From Octopus vulgaris (lineage: Eukaryota): a DNA stretch of 64,000 nucleotides. The position numbers and the translations under genes are program-made. Location: NCBI GenBank assembly GCA_951406725.2, contig OX597837.1, forward strand, positions 22,444,001 through 22,508,000. Reading direction: 5' to 3'. The first letter of the stretch is position 1. Every line of letters starts with the position of its first letter. Shown piece by piece: positions 13,686-26,458 of the stretch. Below the pieces are notes generated by a model. It ran no database searches, was not told the DNA's origin, and saw nothing but the letters and a program-made list of their open reading frames with translations.

Positions 13686-14443
13686 TATAAATATGTATGT
13701 GTGTGGTATCTTTGTCCCCCACCACTGCTGGATAACCAGTGTTGGTTTGTTTATGACTCTGTAACTTAGCAATTAGGCATAAGAGACTGATAGAATAAGA
13801 ACAAAGTTTTTATCAAAATATGTACTGGGGTTCATTTGTTCAACTAAACCCTTCAAGGCAGTGCCCCAGCATGGCCACAGTCCAATGACTGGAACAAGTA
13901 AAAGATAAAAGATAACCATGCTACTCAAATTTGACCATATTCATTTTTGGCTGGAGAGATTTATTCTCAAACATCATATCATATGCTTAACCTCCTTGAT
14001 TAAGGCAATATACATACATCACTGTTTTGTATGATATTACAAGACTCCTTAAGGCAGCTGTGGCTGGCAGAATCATTAGCAGACTGGGCAAAATGCTAAA
14101 TAGTATCTCATCCATCTTTATGTTCTAAGTTCCCATTCTGCTGAGGTCAACTTGTCTTTCAGCTTTTCAGGATCAATAAAATATGTACCAGCTGAGTGCT
14201 GGGGTTGATGTAATCGACTTTGCCCCACGCTCGAAATTGCTGGCCTTGTGCCAAAAGTTGAAACCGGTATTACAAGATTCTTTCCTTGAATTATATTTCC
14301 ATTATACAAATTGTCATCAAATCCTCTAATTGATTTTTAATTAAGAACTCTCAATGAAAGATCTCTGCTTTAAATTAGTTGATATGTGTACCATGAAAGC
14401 ACATGTATATCTGTTATATATATATATGTCTGTGTGTGTGTAT

Positions 14444-14488
<45 letters not shown>

Positions 14489-14502
14489 TCATCATATACA
14501 TA

Positions 14503-14535
<33 letters not shown>

Positions 14536-14551
14536 CATCATCATTATATAC

Positions 14552-14583
<32 letters not shown>

Positions 14584-14712
14584 CATCATCATCATATACA
14601 TATATATATATATATCATCATCATCATATATATATATATATATATCATCATCATCATATACATATATATATATATATACATAGTACATTGGTACTCAACA
14701 ATGTACTATGTC

Positions 14713-14754
<42 letters not shown>

Positions 14755-14782
14755 GTACATGGGTACTCAACAATGTACTATG

Positions 14783-14834
<52 letters not shown>

Positions 14835-15707
14835 CACACACACACATACATATATACACATATACACACACGTGCGTACAGATGATTATATAGCCGAGAT
14901 GTCGCCTTTATATTTGTTTAATAACATGCTGGTGCCAGGAACCTGTGTAGTAACTGAAAGTAATGTGTACAATGTATAAGATTGTGCTGACTGTTGAAGT
15001 GGTGGTAGTGATAGTAGCAGTAGTAGTAATAACTATTAAAAAAAAAGTTGTGATACCAGTAGTAAGTGTAGTAGTAACAGCAGTGGGGGTGGTGGTAGTA
15101 GCATTAGTAGTTGTGGTGACAGTGGTAGTAGTAAAGAGTGGTGGAACAGTTGTAAGGGAAAGGGCAAGGGTAACAGTAATAGTAACCTTGGAGCCGCAGT
15201 AGTAACAGTGGTATTGGTAGTAGTAGCTGTGTTGACATAAGTAATTTTTAAAAAATAGTGAGATAGTATCAGCAGTTGAAGTTGGGCTGGTGCTAGTAGT
15301 TTGTGGTAGCAGTAGAATAAATGGTGGTGGTAGTTTGAATGGAAGTAGTGATGATTAGTATCACAAGAATTAGTAACTGTAGTAGTTAGTGATAGTTAAG
15401 TGGTCAGTCAATTATTCATGGTCATCACGCACACACACACACATACTTCACCTTACTCAGGTTTATATGTATTTTACTGTACACAGATTATTTTTATACT
15501 ACTACCACTACCAATTATTATACTCCAACAACTACATGTTCTATTATTTACTATAACCATTAATAATACAGCGCAACTAAGCTATTACCAAAACAACAAA
15601 ACCATGACTACCATCAATTCAACGATCAATGCCAAGGGATTTAGTCCAGCAAATAATCAACCAACTAACAGATCAATCAATCAATCAATCAATCAATATA
15701 TATATAT

Positions 15708-15899
15708 CAGGGGTGCTGAAAAGAAAATACAGGGGATCAGTTAATTACGATTTTATTGAACATATTCCCCTCTGAGATTCACACACTTATTACATCAGTC
15801 TTTCAGTTTTACTAAGCCTTGTAAAAGAACTCTGAAGGTTAGTCCTCCAATCAAACCTTTCACGATACCCTTAAAGCCAGGAACTTTTCAGCACCCCTT
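15708..15899 (-). mobile_element. mariner-derived MITE
   Basis: TIRs aggggtgctgaaaag / cttttcagcacccct in a TA context. The minus strand internally encodes KCVNLRGEYVQ*, a mariner transposase C-terminal motif. Confidence 0.75.
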
Positions 15900-16999
15900 C
15901 ATACAATTGCAAACCACATGGTTGGTGGTGGGGGCAGGCCTATTGCAAAAAACCTTGTGGAAGTGCCTTTTATTATAAGCCCTAGGCTGACCAACGCCAT
16001 TTGATAAGTAGAAAATGAAAGAGACTGCTGTATGTATGTGCACGTATAGTGTAGTTCAAGTTTTATGTCCTTTTTTCCATACTAGCATGAGTTAGATGAA
16101 TATATTAGTGAACATTGTTTTACAGCAGGATGTCCATCCTGACACTAACATTACCTGCTTTGCAAGTAAGAGGTCAAAGGTACAAAGCAAGCAGGTAATT
16201 TATTGACAAGAGAAAGAATACCACATGAATGCTGTGTCTTTTGATTAAGTAAGCGCAGGTAGATGTAAACAAACATACACACTCTCACACATCAAAATCA
16301 TCATTACATGTCCACTTTTCCATGGTTGCATAGGTCAGATGGATTGTGCAGAGGCAGACTTTCTACAGCTGGATGCCCTTCCTGTCACCAACCCTCACCT
16401 GTTTCTAAACCAGATAATATTTCCTATGGCCAGACATGCTTCTCCATGGAAGACTGGGAACAAACAACATCGCTTGCATGACAATGTTTCTTCTTTGCAA
16501 GCAACACATGATGTCAGGGCAAAGATACATGCACACCAATACTCACACAACAGGCTTCCACAGTTTCCATTTACTAAATACATTCACAAGGCTCTGGTCA
16601 ACTCAGGGCTATAAAAGACACTTGCTTAATATGTCACACATAAAGACTAAACCCAAAACTTCATGGTTCGGAATCATGCTTCGCAACCACACAGCCATGC
16701 TTGCACCTATCCATATATTAATTTATGAACGGCAAAAGAACAGGCGTTACATCATCACTTTCATTGGCTTACAGCTGTTTCTGCTCTAAGAAACTGGGCA
16801 CCCAGAGTGTCAGTGCAGTATCTTATAGTTTCTTCAGAGGCATTTGAAAGAAAGTATTTCTTTATTGCAGAAAGCATTTAAATATATGTATATATATATA
16901 GTTGGGCACATTAAGATACACATAATTGAATTCTAACAACTGGTTATGGGTACCAATATGGATAAGTAGAATCATAACGTGTGTGTGTATATATATATA

Positions 17000-17885
17000 G
17001 TTCAAATTTACAGAACACAAAAAGTCAAAGACAGGTTTAGGAAAAACAAACAGGTGTATTAGTTTAACACTTGGTAAAAATGGAAAAGTCTTTTACATTC
17101 CAAGCCTATGCTCTTTAACAGAAAGGATTACAAGGAAAAAATGGAAAGAATGAAAAAAAAAACGGGGGGAAAAAATATGTAGAGTTCAATGGCCAACATG
17201 GCGAGATGACTGGAAAAAAGAGGCTGAATGAAAGAGAGATAATATTATAATAATAATAACAGTGATGGTGACACCAATGAACTAAGGTGCACAAGTGTTT
17301 GTGTTTTTGAGAATGGTGTGTGTGAGTACATATGAATGGGAGCGAGTGAGTCTGTGTGTACTGTGTGTAGCAGCTGATGTGTGCTTGTTCAGGTAGTGCG
17401 TGTATGTGAATAGTGTATGTTTGTAGGTGAAAGTTATCTTTGTCTATGCATGTTGTGTGTGTTTATGCATGTTGCATGTGTGTGTGTATATTGTCTGTGT
17501 TCAGGTATTATGTGCTTGTGGGAGTGTACATGGTGGTGCGTGGTGTGGGTGCTGAGAAGTGGTCGGTGCTAGTGTGTGTGTGGAGTGGGAAGGGGTGTGT
17601 GGGTGTAATGGCGGGTGAAGTGAGTAGTGAGTTGAACAGTGTGTATTGGTGTTTGCATAGTGGTGTGGGTGTGGTGAGGGTACTGAGGTAGCCTGTATGC
17701 AGGTCTATCGGTGGAGGGTGGGGCAGTTGAATGTGGGAGATGTGTGGGAATCCATACGGGGTTGGTACCAGATGAAGAGAGGTAGTGAGTTGAGCCCATA
17801 TGGTACAAAGAAACAAAGAAAGAAGATTAATTCCTGTTCACGGCAAAGGTGTGAGCCTGGGTGGCCCCTGTGCAGAGATATTGGT
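17000..17885 (-). mobile_element. 3' remnant of a Penelope-like retroelement (GIY-YIG C-terminus, 3' UTR, pLTR)
   Basis: Minus strand ~17850-17770 reads REQELIFFLCFFVPYGLN, matching the EQxLIFxLxxxxPxGLN end of PLE GIY-YIG endonucleases. A decayed hammerhead (CUGUUAA...GGAAU-GUA) follows at ~17090-17124, in a pLTR homologous to 46090-46330 that ends in (TA)n. Confidence 0.75.
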
Positions 17886-18207
17886 TGACCTTGGGCTGTA
17901 GTGAAATGCCCTAAGTGCTGCATAGTGGAACTGAACCTGAAGCTATAGTGTTGAGAAGTGAACTCAACCACACAGCTATGCCAGCACATTTATTACTACT
18001 TCATTGACTGATATGAAATCAAATACATCCTTAAACATGATTCTTGCCCTGCTTGAAATACCAGACAAATTTCCTCACCTCACACTCTACTATCTCAAAA
18101 AAATGAAGAATGTATTGTGAAACATAATTCTAAATATACTGGATCACAGCAGAAATACTTTTGATAATTCTACTCAATCAAAGCTGATCTGGGAAAACAT
18201 TGCATGC

Positions 18208-19795
18208 ACTCACGACACTATATTTAACATATTCTGCAGTTTTACTCTCAGAATATTGGTCTATCATTGTTAGGCATTTATATATATATATATATATATA
18301 TATGAATAAAAGTTTTTGCAAAAGATACTTGATACAGTCACAAGATTTTCTTAAAAGTTATTACTTATTTTAAAATATTCTTAATAAAACAGAATGACAC
18401 GAATATTTTGGAATGAAATTTTCATATTGTAAGCACTTTCTGAGTTAAACAGTGTGTGTGGCTGCTCATATAGTAGTATGTGTGGTGACGCTATTGAAGA
18501 TTCTGTATGGCTGTGTGGATAACGGTGTGTGGTGTGGGTGCTAATATGTATGGTGGGAAGGGGTGTGTGTAATGGTGTGTAGAGTAATAAGTTGTTGAAC
18601 AGTGTTTGGGTGTTTGTATAGTAGTGTTTGTGAGTGGTGAGGGTACTAAGGTCAGCAGTATGCAGGTGTGTAGGTGGAGGGTGGGGAAGTTGAATGTGGG
18701 AGGTAATGTGGGAATTTATGTGGGGTTGGTGTCAGATGAAGAGAGGTAGTGAGTTGAGCCCATATGGTACAAAAGAACAAAGAGAGAAGATTAATTCCTG
18801 TTCAGGGCAAAGGCAGGAATTCCTGGACCTCCTAATGTCACAGCTACATGAGTCTGCATACAAGCATTTGTTTACATTTGTGCTCATCTGAAAATAGCTG
18901 AGCTACAAACAGTGATGTCATCATTTCCTCTCAATAAACTGTCCACGGCATTGTGCCTTTGTGTGGAATAAGAGACCCATTACTTGAAAATCAGTGAAGA
19001 GTTAGCAACAGGAATAGCATCCAGTGGTACAACAATGTCCTCAATAACATATTTGTCAAACCCATACTAGCATGGAAAAAGAGGTGTAAAAGTTAATGAT
19101 TGAATGAATGAATATACATAAATATTTACTCTAAACACATACTCACACTCACCAAGGATGTGTGTTAAAGTAGGCAGTGCCTACCTATGCTAAAACTGTC
19201 AATATTAATATTTCAATGGAAAAACATTAATGCTTTTTCAATTGATTGCAAAAATGATAACTCATGAAATTCAACGAATAACTGTAAATGACTATGATTT
19301 TAATTTAATATTAGACAATCATAATTTCCAGTGTCTTTCAGCTTCACAATATCTATATACATGTGTGTGTGCATATACATACATACATACATACATACAT
19401 ACATAAATAAATACATACATATTTAAAGTTATACTAACTGTTAAGAAAATTCTTAGAAAATCAATGACACAACCCTGATGGAATGAAGTTTGTATTGTGT
19501 GTAAGGGCTTTCAAGGTTCAATTTTTCAAACACACGTTATGGGGTAACACTAGTGTTTGAAAAAACTGAACCCAGAAAGTGCTTACAATATGAAAATTTC
19601 ATGCCATTCTGTTTTATTAAGAATATTTTTAAATGACTAATAACTTTAAAGAAAATCTTTTGCTAAATACTGTGATTGTATCAAGTATCTTTTGCAAAAA
19701 CTTTCATTCATATATATATAAAAATGCATAACAATACTAGACCAATATTCTGAGAATGAAACAGCAGAATACATTAAATATAGTGTGATGAGTTC
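18208..19795. repeat. Diverged inverted repeat pair and local fold-back
   Basis: 18208-18446 is the approximate reverse complement of ~19566-19793. 19420-19650 is itself an imperfect palindrome. Confidence 0.7.
18447..18830 (-). mobile_element. Second truncated copy of the same Penelope-like 3' region
   Basis: Homologous to 17560-17850. Reads PEQELIFSLCSFVPYGLNSLPLFI* on the minus strand. Confidence 0.7.
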
Positions 19796-20010
19796 AAAAT
19801 GATTTCTACCTCTACTTCACTGCAACTATGGACTGTGTGCATGTGATGTTTAAACTGAATGAATTTAATAAAAGCATCTAAATATGAAACATCATGAAAA
19901 CTGTTCAAACTGAATTCCTTCTTGAGCAGCACATTTTTCCATTCAAGTCAATACAGAACTACAGATAGTAGTTATGGAATTTTGATTTACTGTCAGGTGA
20001 TTTTTAGCGA

Positions 20011-20048
<38 letters not shown>

Positions 20049-20959
20049 TATATCACCCACTCTGAGTGGTTGGCGTTAGGACGGGCATCCAGCCATAGAA
20101 AACCATGCCAAATCAGACTGGAGTCTGATGCAGCCTTCCAGCTTACCAGCCTTGGTCAAACCGTCCAGCCCATGCCAGCATGGGCAACAGATGTTAAATG
20201 ATTATCAGCTTACCAGTTCCAGTTTAAACCATCTAACCCATGCCAAGCATGGAAAATGGACACTAAATGATAATTTTGATGACACATTCACAAGGAGAGA
20301 CACCTGTATAGATTTATACACACACACACACACACACATACACATTTATCTCTCTTTCTCTCTCTACACACATACACAATACTTTAGTGCAACACTATTT
20401 AGAGCTGATTTGCTATAGTGCTCTTTTTTTCTAGGAGACAATATTTTCAATGAGTTATCACTATAATTGTAACAATTGTATGCAAATATGGAAGAGGAAA
20501 AAGCTGCTGTCTGCACTCAGGTGTACTCCCACAAGCTAACTGCACAATTTTTTATACTCATCATCATCATCATTTAACATCTGTTTTCTATGCTGGCATG
20601 GATTGGATGGTTTGACTGAGGTCTGGAAAGTCAGTGGCTGCATCAGGCTCGAATCTGATCTGGCAATGTTTCTACAGCTGGATTCGCTTCCTAACACCAA
20701 CCACTCCAAGAGTGTAGTGGGTGCTTTTTACGTGCCACCAGCACAGGAACCAGTCAGGTGACCCTGGTATTGATCACGTTCAGATAGTGCTTTCTACGTG
20801 CCACCGGTCCAGGAGCCAGTCAGAGGGCACTGGCATCAGCCATGTTCGGGTGTAGCTTTTTACATGCCACCAGCATGGGAGCCAGTCAGATGGCACTGGC
20901 AGCGATCATGTACGGATATAGCTCTTTATCCTGAGTGGAAAATAGCTGGCAATTATACA

Positions 20960-21920
20960 TTCATGAAAGCAAAGCATCACACTGTAAAACTACAAGTATT
21001 GAGGAGATTGGACACTGACAAATGTCAGGAATGTGTAGGTAGGTCTTACAACTTGACCATATCAATGATTAGAATCATTACATTCAAGGCAGACAAAACA
21101 AAGGCTTTTGCCTTGAAGAATTTATTGTTATCAGTAAAGAAGGGTACTCCATTCCAAGAATAAATTTAGTGAAAAATTTATTGTTATCAGTAAAGAAGGG
21201 TACTCCATTCCAAGAATAAATTTAGTGAAGAATTTATTGTTATCAGTAAAGAAGGGTACTCATTCCAAGAATAAATTTAGTGAAGAATTTATTGTTATCA
21301 GTAAAGAAGGGTACTCATTCCAAGAATAAATTTAGTGAAGAATTTATTGTTATCAGTAAAGAAGGGTACTCATTCCAAGAATAAATTTAGTGAAGAATTT
21401 ATTGTTATCAGTAAAGAAGGGTACTCATTCCAAGAATAAATTTAGTGAAGAATTTATTGTTATCAGTAAAGAAGGGTACTCATTCCAAGAATAAATTTAG
21501 TGAAGAATTTATTGTTATCAGTAAAGAAGGGTACTCATTCCAAGAATAAATTTAGTGAAGAATTTATTGTTATCAGTAAAGAAGGGTACTCATTCCAAGA
21601 ATAAATTTAGTGAAGAATTTATTGTTATCAGTAAAGAAGGGTACTCATTCCAAGAATAAATTTAGGAGAGGGTGAGAGATGATAGAGGTATTATTAGATG
21701 ACAAAATGCAATGCAACATGTAACTACGAAAACTCATCATAAGTAGAAAATGTAAAGAATAACTTCAGCCTCTTACAAGTGAAAAAAAAAGAGGAGATTC
21801 AAGAAGCATTCACAGCTATTAGCAAGTGGTTTGGTAAATTCAAATGATCTCATAACCTGCACACCATTCACATGTCAAGAGAAGCAGCAAATACTGCCAA
21901 AATAATTCCCCAAGTTCTTA
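20960..21920 (+). pseudogene. Tigger/pogo-family transposase relic interrupted by a tandem array
   Basis: KLQVLRRLDTDKCQECVGRSYNLTISMIRIITFKADK (CENP-B-type N-terminal HTH) at ~20985-21100. AFTAISKWFGKFK*SHNLHTIHMSREAAN at ~21805-21895 resembles the Tigger FxASxGWFxxFKxRHxxxxxxxSGEAAS motif. Confidence 0.65.
21115..21665. repeat. 55-bp minisatellite, 10 near-identical copies
   Basis: Unit gaagaatttattgttatcagtaaagaagggtactcattccaagaataaatttagt. The first two units are 56 bp. There are no spacers. Confidence 0.97.
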
Positions 21921-22072
21921 AGAACATTGGTTTCTCAGGCTAATGCTTGTCCAGAGTAGTACCAAGCATAATGAGTCACTTAAGACTCTCAAATTAGCTG
22001 ACTGCAAATATGGCTAAAGTATGTCAGTTTCCATTTGATCAGTGTTTAGCCAACTAGGAGAATTATCTACAT

Positions 22073-22415
22073 CAGTGGTTCTCAACCATTTTGTATTTAT
22101 GGACCCCTTTGGTTACTATTTTGTACTGGTGGACCACTATAACCATTCTATGTTTAACAATTAATTTCATAGATACTTCTTTAAAAATTCCTATTTTGTT
22201 CATCACACATTCATTTGCATACACTGAACTCTGTAAAATATTTGAGGAAGCAACTTGACTGTTTCTTACAATAAATACATCTGAAGCAAAATTTTTTTCA
22301 GGGACCCTTAGAATACTGTGTACCCTATTTACTATTTTCCTTATTTGCCCCCACCACCACCACCAATCTTATATGAACCTCCAAGGGTCATGTGGACCCC
22401 AGCTGAGAACCACTG
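22073..22415. mobile_element. hAT (Charlie-like) MITE
   Basis: TIRs cagtggttctca / tgagaaccactg, with a degenerate 8-bp TSD atctacat / gtccacat. Confidence 0.85.
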
Positions 22416-22890
22416 GTCCACATGGTCGAGAACACATGCATTAGTCTTGCATGGTGTATACAGAATTTACAGATGCAGCATCAATAATACAACTTGCAGC
22501 TGTTGCTCAACATTTAGCAGTCACACCCTGCAGCCATACGGAGCCACTGAGAAGACCAGTGATTTCACCAGCCACATCTTCATACTGTGGGACACACTGT
22601 GATCTTTCTACACTTAGATCAGGTTGCTCGTCACTGAGCAGCCCACACCCAGCCTGTGACAGATTTCTTTGTTGCTGTGACATAGACACCATTTATTTGA
22701 ATTTTTCAACCAGCTCAATTACCAAGCCATTGACTCAAAACCACAGTGTGCTCATTAGACCCCATTACTATTACCTTTGTCATCTTGTCTAGTAATGTTC
22801 AAGCATAGACTGGCTGTTTCACTGAAGTAATTTACACAGAGCGATAGAACCCCTCGCTTTTCACAAGTAGGTAGTGCCTTAACATATTCA

Positions 22891-23296
22891 GGCGTAGGAG
22901 TGGCTGTGTGGTAAGTAGCTTGCTTACCAACCACATGGTTCTGGGTTCAGTCCCACTGTGTGGTACTTTGGGCAAGTATCTTCTACTATAGCCTCGGGTC
23001 GACCAAAGCTTTGTGAGTGGATTTTGGTAGACGGAAACTGAAAGAAGCCTGTCATATATATGTATATATATGTATGCGTGTGTGTGTTTGTGTGTCTGTG
23101 TTTGTCCCCCCACCATCGCTTGACAACCGATGCTGGTGTGTTTACCTCCCCGTAACTTAGCAGTTCGACAAAAGAGACCGATAGAATAAGCACAAGGCTT
23201 ACAAAGAATAAGTCCCGGGGTCGATTTGCTCGACTAAAGGCGGTGCTCCAGCATGGCCGCAGTCAAATGACTGAAACAAGTAAAAGAGTAAAAGAG
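22891..23296 (+). mobile_element. SINE family A, full-length copy
   Basis: Complete head, body and tail, close to the copies at 5721 and 54264. Confidence 0.92.
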
Positions 23297-23756
23297 AGAG
23301 AGGCTACGAATCAATTCAGTGTTGATTGGCACAATGTTGATACCAACAGAGATTTGCTAATTAATTGTGCATTCCTCACCCCTTGCAAAATCCAGCTTGT
23401 TCTTTGGAATTGCAGTTTATATCAATAGTCTGACTTGGTTGCAAAATGAAGCAGAGAATGGCAGAAGAGGGTGACTTTCCAGTTGTGTTTCCACTCCTGA
23501 GCATCACCCTTTCATGGAATATTGAAGGACACAGACCATATCCAAATTGGTCAGCTATTGCTTTAGTCTGACATATCTGATTGCAAGAAACACCAGAAGG
23601 AGCACATACCTTCTTCATCAACAGCCTGTAGCATTTCACGTAATGCATCTTAGACTCCCTCAGTATCCCACTTCCTACACACATGCAAACACGTACATAC
23701 ATAGACACGTGTGTGTGTGTAAGCCACTGCCAGGCTTTGGTGCCTGGGGGTACTTC

Positions 23757-24360
23757 AGAATACTGTGTGGAAATTAATTTGTATAGCAGGAAGATTTTTG
23801 TAAACTGTATTCTCTAAATCTGAGGGTTCACCATTGAATCACTGTGAGGGGGCAGTGCTGTCCAGTGCAAACACTTAGGATGGGTTTCTTAGTCAGACTT
23901 CAGGAAATGTTTTGCAGGAAGATTTTTGTAAACTGTATTCTCTAAATCTGAGGGTGTACCATTGAATCATGAGGGGGCAGTGCTGTCCAGCACACCCTTA
24001 GGATGGGTTTGTTAGTCAGATTTCAGGAAATGTATTGCAGGAAGATTTTTGTAAACTGTATTCTTTAAATCTGAGGGTGCACCATTGAATCATGAGGGGG
24101 CAGTACTGACCAGGATGGTCACCATTGAATCATGAGGGGGCAGTGCTGTCCAGTGCACACCCTTAGGATGGGCTTCTTAGTCAGACTTCAGGAAATGTTT
24201 TGCAGAAAGATTTTTGTAAACTGTATTCTCTAAATCTGAGGGTGCACCATTGAATCATGAGGGGGCACTGCTGTCCAGCACACCCCTTTGGGGATGGGCA
24301 TGTTAGTCAGACCTGAAGAAAACTGTATTTCTAAATCTGAGGATGCACCATTGAATAGTG
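23757..24360. repeat. ~123-bp tandem array (about 4.5 diverged units)
   Basis: gcaggaagatttttgtaaactgtattctctaaatctgagggt...accattgaatc recurs at about 23787, 23914, 24037 and 24201, with a partial unit at 24320. Confidence 0.9.
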
Positions 24361-24380
24361 ATGGTCTCTTAGGGAAAAGA

Positions 24381-24443
<63 letters not shown>

Positions 24444-24678
24444 AGTGTGTGTGTGTGTGTGTGTATGTGTATTCTTGTATTTGTTTCAGTCATTTGACTG
24501 CAGCCATGCTGGAGCAGTGCCTTGAAACGTTTTTGTCGAACAGTTCGATCTCAGGACTTATTTTAAAGCCTAGTACTTATTCTATCGGTCACTTTGTCGA
24601 ATCGCTAAGTTACGGGGGCGTAAACACACCAATACCAGTTGTCTATCGATGACGGGTGACAAACGCAAAGACATATAC

Positions 24679-24712
<34 letters not shown>

Positions 24713-25085
24713 GCTGGGCTTCTTTCAGTTTCCGTCTACCAAATACACTCACAAGGCTTTGGTTGGTTCAAGGCTATAGCAGAAGACACCTACACAAGAT
24801 GCCATGCAGTGGGAATGAACCTGCAACATATATATATATATATATTGCTTACTCTCGTTTTACATGTATACAGATATACATATTTTGAATTTCATTCGCA
24901 AACTAATATTTTATGCGTCTAATTTGTTTATCCACATAATTGCCTCTACACCTGCTCAACTTGATCCCTCTTATAGCCTTTCTTTACCTTGTGGAATAAT
25001 CCCCTATCGAGACATCAGAGTCCAAGTTTGAATCTTTTGAGCACTACTGTCTTCTTATACAGAGAATCTCTGGATCTCATCTGCA

Positions 25086-25119
<34 letters not shown>

Positions 25120-25122
<3 letters not shown>

Positions 25123-25413
25123 GGTCCCGGGTTGAGTCGGGTTAACCACAGTAAATAAGGTACTCAATACATAGCAGAGTAAAGTAATTTATTTTATAGA
25201 AGGAGCTTCTACAGGACTAGAACTGTTTCATTCAAATGAAATCACCAGGAATACTGTGTGGAAATTAATTTGTATTGCAGGAAGATTTTTGTAAACTGTA
25301 TTCTCTAAATCTGAGGGTTCACCATTGAATCCACTGTGAGGGGGCAGTGATGTCCAGTGCACGATTTCATTTGAATGAAACAGTTCTAGTCCTGTAGAAG
25401 CTCCTTCTATAAA

Positions 25414-25419
<6 letters not shown>
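25120..25419 (-). mobile_element. Asymmetric fold-back insertion in (TA)n
   Basis: Perfect 57-bp inverted arms (25187-25243 and 25363-25419) enclose a copy of the 23758-23870 unit. Degenerate hammerhead-like CUGGUGA...GAAAC on the minus strand. (TA)n on both sides. Confidence 0.75.
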
Positions 25420-25453
<34 letters not shown>

Positions 25454-25845
25454 GCGTGTATATAAGTGTGTACAAGAAGAAGAAGAAAAAATGAATAATG
25501 GAAATAATCCCCCAGAAAGATGTAACTGGTGATCTGGAATCCAACTATCATCATCATCATCATCACATCCCTCATCCAATAACCAACAAAAAATATAGTA
25601 GCCATGCTGTCGTAGGGAGGAAATTAGGGCTCAGTGTCGATGTAGGAGAAGCAGTTCTTGAAAATATTAAATCACAAAATTATATCTCAGTTGACAGTAT
25701 AATAATAATAATAAAAACTTATCTAAAATGGTAGTGGTGTGTTGTGTGTGTGGTTAGTTATTTGTGAAATAAGATAGAGGAATGATGGAAATGGAGACGG
25801 TAATAGCGATAGTAGAAGATATAAGCGGTGGGGGTGTGTATAGAC

Positions 25846-25876
<31 letters not shown>

Positions 25877-26417
25877 GAGGGAGTAATGGTGTTAAAGTGA
25901 AAGAGTGAAGAGTGTTAACCAGCGACAGTGACATAGTAAGAGAGGCATAGCAACAGAGTTAGATAGGCAGACAGATAAAAAGACGAGAGAAAGAGTGGAG
26001 GTGGGAAGGGAACGTAATGTAATATAGAATGAAGGTTCAAAGAGAGAGAGAGAGAAAGAAAGCGAAAGATTGAGAACAGCAGACGCCGAGGGTTTAGTGA
26101 TAAGCAAAAAAAAAGACAATGAAGGAATCAGGAGCTGAGGAAAAAAGGGGAGACATGAGAGTAAGGCATAATAGTAGAGTAGGAGGGAGGGAACAGAGAC
26201 CGAGAGAGAAAGAGAATAGTGAAAGATAAGTATCAGAGAAAGAGAGAGGGGAGGAGACAGAAAGCCATCTGGTTAGTAAAAGAGAGTGGGTGTTAGAAAG
26301 AGAGAGAGTGTGTGTGAGTGAGTGAGGGAGGTGGGCAGAGTGAGAACGAGTCGAAGAGAGATCGATTCACTCACTAGTGCGTGCGTGCGTGCGTGCGTAT
26401 GTGTATTTGAGACTTAC

Positions 26418-26458
26418 CTAATGGTGTCTGTAACCTCCAAAGCTCCATCTCTGCCATC
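26418..26458 (-). CDS. DOT1L: DOT1L coding exon 2 (41 nt)
   Basis: tttcag|GATGGCAGAGATGGAGCTTTGGAGGTTACAGACACCATTAG|gtaagt. The phase-0 start gives DGRDGALEVTDTI(R), which continues exon 1 and matches human DKHHDAAHEIIETIR. It ends in phase 2. Confidence 0.9.

Larger units (their letters stand above)
21930..23640 (-). pseudogene. RTE (BovB-like) LINE reverse transcriptase relic with nested insertions
   Basis: Minus-strand motifs appear in the expected order: EQAGFCKG (~23400), LLVKSE..ASLCLNI..TKV (~22870-22770), MKMWLVKSLVFSVAPYGC (~22585-22530), KWKLTYFSHI..IMLG (~22036-21960). Split by a SINE A (22891-23296) and an hAT MITE (22073-22415). Confidence 0.7.

Noticed and set aside
21115-21665. 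CRISPR-like regular repeat
   Set aside because: Units are head-to-tail with no unique spacers, there are no cas genes, and the context is eukaryotic.
23757-24360. Retrozyme-like tandem array with one ribozyme per unit
   Set aside because: Units show CUGAAGU/CUGAAAU rather than CUGANGA and have no convincing stems.
24988-25080. Possible cassette exon (tttgcag|ATGAG...CACAAG|gtaaag) on the DOT1L strand
   Set aside because: No polypyrimidine tract (it abuts (TA)n), stops in the frames I read, and no similarity to DOT1L exon 3.
26419-26457. Alternative reading MAEMELWRLQTPL from an ATG in exon 2 (superficially Vav-like MELWR)
   Set aside because: The phase-0 frame joins exon 1 and matches DOT1L. 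This ATG frame is shifted and has no further support.
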